A program made the position numbers and the translations under genes. From positions 10,043,099 to 10,107,098 of the forward strand of contig CM082581.2 in NCBI GenBank assembly GCA_040954595.2: a stretch of 64,000 bases of DNA. Direction: 5' to 3'. Below are positions 55,101 through 64,000 of the stretch, in pieces (position 1 is the stretch's first letter; each line of letters opens with the position of its first letter). This DNA comes from Balanoglossus misakiensis (lineage: Eukaryota; Animalia; Hemichordata). Under the pieces are notes generated by a model. That model ran no database searches. It was not told where the DNA came from and saw only the letters and a list, made by a program, of their open reading frames with translations.

Positions 55101-56466
55101 TTGCTTTGCTTCCCTAGAAATGCTTACTTATAAACCCCTTGCGCAATACTTACGGTGGAAACTGTTTCTGATATTGCAACTCCAAAGCATGGAGGATCTT
55201 GGCCCTAGTGTCGGCATCCCTGCAGTGCATGACATTCTCCCCAGTCTCTCTGCCAGTCTGTCGAGATCCCAGGTTGATCACGGGCGTACCGAAGGCCCCA
55301 GCCTCTCTCACCCCAGCACTGCTGTTTCCTATCATGCACCCGCAGTTTGCCACCAGGACTATGAACTCTTCAAAGGGGACGTGTTTGGCGGTGGAAAATG
55401 AGGGGTTGGATTCGATCTTCTTTGAACGGAGCACTCGAGTCATCTGTTTACTGCCTGTTGGGAAGAATTAAGTACAATACTCAGAAATCACATATGGCTC
55501 ATCACCGAAAACTGTTGACTGGAATCTGAATATCTCAGGGCACTCATACTTGATAAACTAGCATAAAATGGAGTCAATTTGAATAGACATCAAGCTGGAA
55601 AGTCGTATTACCTGCATCAACATTGGGGAAAAGAAGGAGCACTCTCTTATTAAACTCCAGCAAGGCGTCCATCGTGAGCTCAAACATTTTCAGCGACTGC
55701 TTAATATCAGTGGTCACAGGATGCTGCAGAGCGATGATGTAATCTTTGGACTTCACTCCTTTGCCGACCCATCTCTCGATTATCTGGTCGTTCTTCTTGG
55801 TGTCCGCGTTCAAGAGCTTGTCGTAAGACGTGCATCCCGCCAGGAGGATGCGCTCATTGTCCTCGCACATCGCCTGCAGTCGGCGACGAGCGCGCTCCGT
55901 GCAGCACGCGTGGAAGTGCGCAAGTTTCGATATCGAGTGTCGTATGCTGTCGTCGATGGTGCCGCTCACCTCGCCGCCCTCTATGTGCAGAATCCGGATA
56001 TTCATCAGGGCCGCCGCCGTAGCGATGGACAGCGCGTCGAACCTGTCGCCGTGGACAATCAAAATCTGGGGGTTCAGCCGCAAGAGTACGTCGGGTATTT
56101 TCACCAGCGCCAGGCCGACAGACTCCACCATGGCGGCTTCATCTTCACCCCTGACTATCGTGTGCAACTTGGAATCTATTTCAATGTCATCCTGTTCAAT
56201 CATACGGTAAGTAGACCTGCAAAATAAACACATCACATCAAGTCATTACAAATTTCAAAACTCTCCTTTCATTGATTTTTCAAGATTGAAAAACTGTAGC
56301 TCAGACAGGCTTACCCATAATCATCAATCAGATGGCAGCCCATGACAATCACTTTCAGCTCAAAGTCAGGGTCATCTCTCAGTGCAACCATGATGGGGGC
56401 CAGTTTGGAATAGTCGGCACGGTTACACGTTGCCACGCAAACCCTGATGGGGCTGGTTTTGTCCAT
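49170..56466 (-). CDS. GNE: Bifunctional UDP-N-acetylglucosamine 2-epimerase / N-acetylmannosamine kinase (718 aa)
   Basis: Coding exons 56466-56315, 56216-55612, 55454-55154, 55042-54832, 53829-53700, 51930-51862, 51358-51206, 50907-50725, 49632-49516 and 49405-49170 (2157 nt, in frame, GT-AG). Motifs: [49 protein letters not shown] kinase [24 protein letters not shown], Zn site [20 protein letters not shown]-terminus [19 protein letters not shown]. Confidence 0.97.
54730..54796. repeat. About 32-bp imperfect tandem duplication in a GNE intron
   Basis: ctattgcccccatttgcattttaaatggaaga followed by ctattgcccccattttcattttaaatgaaaga. Confidence 0.8.
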
Positions 56467-56803
56467 GCTTGAAAGACTTGACGAGGAATGGTTTCTTGAG
56501 CCAAAGCCGTTCTGGTAGGCAAGCTATGAAATAAAACAAAGAACTGGAATGTACTCATATTTCAATATGCAACAAAATATGTCACATCCATCCACAGTCC
56601 CTTTATCACAGTCTCTTGCCTCTTAAAAATTTACCATTTAAATTGTGTTACGCAATTATTAGATTTAAAAAAAATACACAGCAATGCACAAAATTATGGA
56701 CCTCATATGACATGTGTTGGCCTGTCTGGTGGTCATGCATGAAGTCCATAAATGTATTTTTAAAATCTCTGAACAAGAATTTTTTTTTTAAACAAATCCT
56801 ACA

Positions 56804-56833
56804 GTTAAACCATAGACTGTCTATGGTTAAACC
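56804..56833. repeat. Small palindrome flanked by an 8-bp direct repeat (insertion/excision footprint-like)
   Basis: GTTAAACC (56804-56811) ... GTTAAACC (56826-56833), overlapping the palindrome AACCATAGAC-T-GTCTATGGTT (56808-56828). Confidence 0.55.
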
Positions 56834-57737
56834 AGAAAAGGTCATGTCTATATATTCAAAATAAAATACATGTATTTGTTTCAACAGGTTTGCGTTTTTG
56901 TGAATTAAAAAAGATGATGAAAAGGGAACAAGCTTCAGACATCCTTTCACCATATGGTGAAAACTACTATAAATAAAAATCACCATAACGTTCTTTTTTT
57001 AAAACAGGATGTAACTGCAGTGGGCAAAGTAATCAATGCCTCCCTGCTACTAGTATTACTTTTTTTTTATAAAACCTGACATTTACAATAATCCTTAACT
57101 ATTGCATTTTATAATAACACCTGGTAATTTAGTGTAGCAGACTATAGAATTTCTGTAGAAACTAGACAAGGGTCTGTTTGGTTTATGTACATTTAATACT
57201 TGTGCTACGTGTCTACATGACAAGCCTGTTTCTGCCACGTTGGCAATGTTTCTTCCAACACATGGGGGATCCCTGTACTATTTATACTACAGCCATCAAT
57301 CAACAGAAATGGGCTCTGTGCATGATGGTGCTTTACACTGACATATCACATTTCTTGTGATTCAGGGCAATAACTCCACACGCTGACCTTAACCTTAGTC
57401 CTATTAACCAGAATAAGATTTTGTGATTTTGAGCTCTTCCTTAAAAAACATAGGCACTTCAGGATGTATGTTGAAAACTAGGATCATTGTCAATAAATTA
57501 TAGGTCAATAGACAGTCTACAGTGACGTAGGACGGTAAAGTCAATGACAGGGGATGCCTCTTTTATACCCTTCAAGTGTCACGACCCTGTTGGCGATTAT
57601 TGGATGAGTACTGTCTACGTGGACAATCTTGAAGCATCAAATATCGTGTTCGTCTCAAAGATTTTATGAAGCTGTGGTGAAGCCACGTTGACAGTGCATG
57701 AAGCCTGGGTTGTATTACTAATATAAATGTACCAACA

Positions 57738-58000
57738 GTTGTCATGGCAACGCGACACTCCTTTGAAGTCTCAAGAGCTTCGATCGCATTACCTAATGGA
57801 CGGTAAAGGAGGACCTGAGAAAAAATTTCTGAGAAATACTGAAAAGTCAGTTTTCAGGGGGGGGGGGCGTGTGCGTTACTATGTTCATTCAGGGTGGGAA
57901 CTGATTTCCGGGATTTCTCCGAAAAACATGGGACGGTGGCAGCGAGTATCGACGGGTCACGTCGTCTGCGTCAATACCCAACGGTTGTTGACATGGCAAT
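57738..58000 (-). promoter_or_regulatory. Probable GNE promoter / 5' non-coding exon region with X-box-like motifs
   Basis: CpG-rich stretch with GTTGTCATGGCAAC at 57738-57751, GTTGACATGGCAAT at 57987-58000, an ETS-like TTCCGG and a candidate - strand donor AG|GTAATG at 57793/57792. Confidence 0.5.
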
Positions 58001-58953
58001 TGAAAATATGCGTGTTTGGTGTACACCGCTCGCTCGTTGCTTATCTAAATCCCATCTCACGGAAATGTTAGTCTCTTGCGTAGAAAGGGGACACGTGTAC
58101 GCGGAACCCGGACACATGAATATGTCAGCGGAACCGCTTGGAAGTTAACATCTGTCAAGATCACCGGCTCTACACCGGCATATTGAATATTGTATTCACG
58201 ATCACCATGGAGGTACATAAGCCTCGACAGGTGTGTGAAATTATTAAGACGAAATATACACACTGCGTTCTCTAAATACGAGTTCGAAATATATTCATAG
58301 TGATAATCTACATGAAAGAGTAAAATAGATCTATAATCTTACGTCATGTGGATCCCTTTTACGCTCCATGTTGTACCTGATATATTTATCTAACTGCGGT
58401 ACCACTCGGCAATTCCACGTATCGCTCCTAAATGGCTGAAATGAAAGGATTAGAATAAAAGGAATTACGTTACCTTCAGTCGGCTTTCCATTGCTTTCCT
58501 TCTCACAGCGCATGTGCACGATCATTTGGCCAATAAAAATACTCGTTAGGAAGTGTGCCCATCATCTATGCATTTCTGACAGCACTGTTCATTGGTTAAT
58601 TTTACTGAGGTTAAACATCATACGTAAAAGGGCGGTGGCCCGTTTCTCCGCCACGCCCAAATAAACATGTGTAAATATACTGTCGACGCGACCAGCCCGG
58701 CCTGGCCTGCACTGTCGACCAAACGGCCCCCAGCCACTACAATCAACCACGTCATCCGCGTGGTCAATGTAAGAACGTGTCATTTGGCAACTTTGAAGGA
58801 AGGCCTATAGGACGACCCGGAAAGAAAATCATTATGATTATCATTAGGGCTAGGGCATAGGCCTATTTGAAGCTAATGAAATATTATAAGCCCATGATTA
58901 TATATATTATGATTATATTATGATTATACTACATCATGTATATTTAAAACTAT

Positions 58954-58993
<40 letters not shown>

Positions 58994-59016
58994 ACACCAC
59001 CGCCACCACCACCACC
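58954..59016. repeat. (ATC)n + (CAC)n trinucleotide microsatellite
   Basis: Read directly; it gives the poly-Met/poly-Val tail of ORF 58950-59183. Confidence 0.9.
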
Positions 59017-61685
59017 AAAAATAAGATTTCGACATGCCCAAAACGCCTAACTGTGTATGATGATACGGGTGGTAGAAAAAGTGGATATGGAAGTAAATTT
59101 GTTTTTTGACTCTTGTGATCGCGTTTTAACCAAAAGTGTGTGTGATGTGAAGCACAGGCTAACTGGTCGTACGAAGCACTCACTGGCTCTCAACCGCATA
59201 ACAGTCACTGGGTATGGAGAAGAGCGGTAGCCAGCAAAAAAAGCTACTTTAAATAATTTCAACGAGGAACACTCTTCCTCCTCTCAACTCGTTCGTTTCG
59301 CTCCGTCTGCCTTCCATCTTCTTGAAGTTTGTAGGCTTGGTCAACTATACAGTACGATCGGTCTCGAATTTGAAAAACAAAAACTTCGTCGGGGCCAAAA
59401 TTATAATAATGAACAAAAACCAACTCTGCCTTAAAATATTTTTTTAAATGATTACTCCAAGATGCCCGGGATAACTTCAAAATGTGATGTAGCCGTGGAC
59501 TGACAGGCCTATACTGATAGCCTAACTGAAAGTGAATCAACCGGCAAGTGGAAGGACCGTGAGCAACCATACCGGGAAAGCGAAAAAAAATAACTACGTG
59601 TTCACTGGCACGCTATGTGAAGATGCTTTATCGTCTGAAAAAAATCGTTGACAGTACTTACGCTTTTAAAACCATTCATTCTCAGAAAAGAAAATCGCCA
59701 AAGGTGCTGGGTGCGACGTGGAAGCACGGCAGAGTCGTTGTCTGCAGGGCGCGGGTGTGGAATGTTTTCTCGAATGTGGAAGGTGCAGTTCGCGACAAGG
59801 CCGGAACGCTTGTAGCACCTTTTCATATGCTTTAATGATACTAAAACATCCAAGGGTATGCCCTATTACATTTGCATGAGCGATAGCGTTACTGCATGCA
59901 ACAATCCCTTGATGATGTCAGCAGTGTCAGTGTGTATGACTGGCAAGTCCTACCGGGTACGTTTGAGCGTCCACGTGGCAGTTATACAATACTACTTGGT
60001 CTACCTGTCCCGCCTACCTGTACAACACGCGCCAGTAGCCTGAATTTAATTTGCGGAATCTATTATATTTGCCTCAGTTTCTCGCTTCCTTAGTCGTAAT
60101 GTTTACCAAATACTACTATTAAATGTTAAATCCATCAATTATAACCCATTTCCCCGGAGTATTAGGCCCTGTGGCCCGCAAGTCGTTACCGAAAAAGAAA
60201 GAAAAAAGACTGTCGTATAAAAATTGGCCACACTGATTTCCTGTAATATGATAGAAAGGCATCTAGTTTTTAGCCGTTTTTGTGTATTTTATACAAAGCG
60301 ATCCGCAAGTTTTCAGATCGAGAAACCAAATTAAAGCATGTATTAAAAAGTTATTTACGTTTCTTCCATATGTTTGCATCACAGTCCCTCCACACAGGTG
60401 TGCGCGCAGGCATTCCATGGTGAAGTGAATGTGCATATCACCTGAGTAAGCAAATCACAGCATGAAAAAAATGGTGCGCATTGTTGCCTGGCAACCGAGT
60501 TCCTGTAGCCGTCACGTTATTCCGATCAATAATCGGTTCGTTTTGTGTGATTAATGATGTTTTCGTCACCGTAGAAACCAGTAAAAGGTACGTCCTACCA
60601 AGCCACGTGCGCGGGCGCTGTTATGAGATACAGGTTGATACAAGTTTAGTTACAAAGTAGCACTCAAGTGCTAATGGACCCAGGCGGCAGAACTATAATA
60701 AAAGGCGATTTATCAATGATAAATTTGTGTCTTCTTAATAACACTTCATTGCTTATTCTGATGATGTCACTATTATAATGACAACATACTCAACTCAAAT
60801 GACGACACAGGTTCAGACATCACCACAACTTTAAAGGTCTCCAGGTCTACATTTTCAGTCAGACAGCATATGTTAAGACGCGTCTATCTTTGTTTTGAAA
60901 GTCCTTTTATTGTGTTTCATTTCTTTGATTCTTGAGGCATCCCATATTTGAAAAAATGACCCTTCAAGCACCCGCAGCCACAAATTTCTAACAGTTTGCA
61001 CGTATGCACATAATCCCTCTGCACATCAAAGAGGACACCATCTGCTCACAAAATCAATCTTGTGGAAAATGCAACAACTAGATATGATGGTAGCTCAGAC
61101 ACATCCATATGGCAGATGATATTATGATGGGCTATGGCAGTCTGCATTTTTAAGAGAACATACAGCTTAAAACATTTGCTCCTGTGGCCTTCAGCCTTTG
61201 TACAGCCTTTCTTAAAAATAGCATTCCTATTAATTTTTGTAAATATTGTTACATAAAGTCTCCCGTAGTCATACCTTATTTCTGCACAGACTGCATAAAT
61301 GATTTAATCAGGCGTAAATCCCAATAAAATGTTCCAGGTTTGACGTCATCCAAGCTGTGTGTACAGTGTTGCAATAGATTTTTCTATCTGTTATGGTATA
61401 TGCACTTAGCTCAACTTGGTGGGTGCATTTCAGAATCAATAGAAATGCAAAGAAAACAAAATACATAGAAAGTTCAGGAAAAATACATAAAAATGTAGCG
61501 TTTATATAAGAACCCTTACTGCAGCGCCAGATTTTTAGGTTTTTACGTTAGTAACCTAGACTTTGAACGGACAGTGAGCGGTACAAACAAACCCATGTCC
61601 ATAAACTGGCATTGAAATATGCATATTGTTATGCATATGTCTTATGTATGTGCTGTTACATTCTGTCATGTCTTCTCTTCAGTCC

Positions 61686-61764
61686 ACTGTCATTGACAGT
61701 CATGTGAACTGTCACTGAGACCCCACATTCACTGTCAATGACGGTCACTTGCACCGTCATTGAC
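61686..61764 (-). other. Inverted-repeat / stem-loop cluster in the NANS 3' UTR
   Basis: Perfect 12-bp stem GTCAATGACGGT-(7 nt)-ACCGTCATTGAC at 61734-61764. Segment 61731-61742 is also perfectly complementary to 61689-61700. Confidence 0.7.
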
Positions 61765-61815
61765 TATCACTTTTTGTTCAAAAGTATACAAATGAAAATC
61801 CTGCATGTGCAACGG

Positions 61816-64000
61816 CTAAGCATCTATATTCTCTTTGATGACAGAATCGTCAAATTCAAGGCTTTTCTTGAGCTTCTTGCCGATCAAGTCAAAGATATTT
61901 TCAGGCGGATATCCCTTGGGTTCGGCAACTTTGACCGTCAGCATGTCAAGGGTCAAAGGTGTTCCAGCTGGAATGTCACGGGCAGCTACAACGCTTTTGC
62001 CGAGCTGAAAGACAATGAGAGAAGTTTGAAAGAAGTTGAGTCACTTCTGTTTGGGAAGTTTAAACAAATCTACACCTGAGGGGACCATCCAGAGAAGAGA
62101 AGAACTTATTCAGGGTATTATTAAATCATCTAACAATCCCACTCTGGTAACTTCAGTTGAGGTAACAGATTTCACAATTCATGTATGTACCTTTTGGTTC
62201 GTAACATCTACTCTTACCTTCAGGAATGTACCCATTTCACATTCTCTCAGTTGCTTCACTCTGCTTCCCATGGCTCTCTCCACAACACGGATCTGAGTGA
62301 TCAGTTCTTTCAGCTCATCAGGTTCTGGGGGTAAGGAAAGAAGGGCCAGTTACGTAAGGAAACATGCAGGATTTTCATGAAGGACTGGTAACCTCACCCA
62401 TAGCTCAGTTGTTCCCAAGTTGTGGTTACTTTACGTGAGAGACCGCTACTTTTAACCCGTTCACCCCCCAGTTCCCTCTTTAGAGGTCCAACTTCACCCT
62501 AGGAAACAATGGGTTTGGACTGAACCATGGTGGTGAAAGGGTTAATATGTACTCACCAAGTGATGCCGAGTGGTCATTTCCCTTCCATGTCTTATCCAGA
62601 GTGATATGCCTCTCGATTACTTTGGCACCCATGGCTACAGCTGCAAGTGTGATTGTCATTCCACCCTCGTGTCCGGAATATCCGATGGGAATGTCTGGAA
62701 ATTCCTTCTCAAATTCCTGGTGTACAAAAAAAACTTATGATCAATATACCGGTACATACTGTAAAATGCATGTCCTTCTTTTAGCTTTTATAGCTCTGTG
62801 GGGGAAGGTAGCAGATGGTAGGGCTGGTGAATATTGGATGGCTTCTCTCCACCTGCCCCAACCCCTCCCCTCCACAAATCAAGATCAAAGGAGCCAATAC
62901 TTGGCCACTGAGGGCGCTAGCAAAAACCCTCCCCTCCCCACTGACCCTCCCCATCCCCCACGGCAAAATATTTGGCCACTGAGGGCGCTACCAAACTCCA
63001 TGTCAAGACAGGATGCGTTGACTTTAGCTGTGCCCATACAACACACATATAGGTAACTACCTTCATGATGTTAAGGTGAACATCTTCGGGTTCAAGAGGA
63101 TAAGCACTGGTGCACTGAAGAAAACAAAACTTCTCATTGACTGGTTTGACCGTCTTGTACACCTCTCTCATGGTTTCCATGGTTTGCATCCCCGACGATA
63201 TGATCATCGGACGTCCTTTCCCAGCTGCATGCTTCAAGTACGGTAGGTTATTTGTGTCACCGGAACCAACTTTGAGGAAGGCAAGGCCAAGCTCATCAAG
63301 GAAGTCCACTGCTTTCTGTTGTGAATGTGGAAATAACAGTACATTATTTCATAAGCTACAACAATGCACTGGTGATTTTGATGTAGGACAACTGAAATGA
63401 CTTGAGCACTTACAATTTCCCTAGTCTTCACTTTCTAAGTTTCAGGACAAAATTTCCATGGTTCACAGCCTTGACATTTTATGTTGCCATGATCATAATA
63501 TACCACATGGGAAAGCATCTATAAAACTTTAAAGAGTGCAGAGCGACTGTGATTACCACTGTAAACTGACACTAACAACTTCAGTGAACTGTGTGCGTGT
63601 AACTCCACGTGTACAAACTAGGCCTGCTTGATCTATGAATAGATGATGAAATCAATGAGAAGATTTAGGAGGGTCTGTGTCAGCATGTTAACCTTCAGAC
63701 ACTACATAAACCAGTCATACACTGCTATGCATCAATGGCCTGCAACCTGATGACCTATGACCTCTGACATTTTCACTTAGCTTTGACAGCTTATTTCATT
63801 CATGATGTTACTGATATATTGTTTTATGAAAATGTCAAATACTGTACAAAATTTACCATGGAAACACATCACATGGTCACTGATAATACGTGTACTTACC
63901 TCATCCATTCCTGATGCACCCATCAAAATCCCAAGAGACTCTGCATAGGCCTTCAGTTCCCGATATTGTTCGTGACTAAACTCTAAGTGCTTCTTATGCT
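61816..64000 (-). CDS. NANS: Sialic acid synthase (N-acetylneuraminate-9-phosphate synthase), 5' part outside the window
   Basis: Exons >64000-63900 (HKKHLEFSHEQYRELKAYAESLGILMGASGMDE), 63315-63061 (KVGSGDTNNLPYL...LQCTSAYP), 62716-62557 (IGYSGHE...VIERHITLDKTWKGNDHSASL), 62324-62218 and 62004-61816 (LGKSVVAARDIPAGT..., SAF/antifreeze-like domain, TAG). Confidence 0.96.
62452..62545. mobile_element. piggyBac-type MITE (86 bp) in a NANS intron
   Basis: TTAA (62452-62455), CCCGTTCACC...GGTGAAAGGG, TTAA (62542-62545): a TTAA target duplication with CCC/GGG-terminal imperfect TIRs. Confidence 0.75.
62896..62996. repeat. Direct repeat of TTGGCCACTGAGGGCGCTA in a NANS intron
   Basis: Two identical 19-nt copies about 71 nt apart, interspersed with C-rich tracts. 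Confidence 0.75.

Noticed and set aside
55721-56227. 168-aa and 126-aa + strand ORFs
   Set aside because: Antisense shadows of the GC-rich GNE exon, with no independent coding signal.
1-64000. CRISPR arrays, rRNA, operons or other prokaryotic systems
   Set aside because: The sequence is spliced eukaryotic DNA, with no regularly spaced repeat-spacer array or rRNA-like sequence seen.

Overview
Eukaryotic, intron-rich, AT-rich animal genomic DNA. It is most likely from a non-vertebrate deuterostome (hemichordate, echinoderm or amphioxus type); this is inferred from the bifunctional GNE and the mosaic CpG pattern and is not proven. Left end: a spliced + strand CABCOCO1 (CLAMP/C1a-32 family ciliary protein) gene with two apparent alternative 5' starts. 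Right end: sialic acid synthase NANS (5'-truncated by the window edge) lies directly upstream of a complete 10-coding-exon GNE (UDP-GlcNAc 2-epimerase/ManNAc kinase) on the - strand. These are consecutive enzymes of Neu5Ac synthesis in a tandem pair. Middle (about 9.5-38.5 kb): two paralogous genes for small, apparently secreted proteins, each built from two copies of an atypical 8-cysteine LDL-receptor class A-like module that I cannot assign to a named family. The middle also holds an orphan signal-peptide exon behind a TATA promoter, decayed LINE fragments, tiny TIR/TSD insertions and many CRE palindromes. Exon boundaries were read by eye from GT-AG signals and frame continuity; no database search was run.
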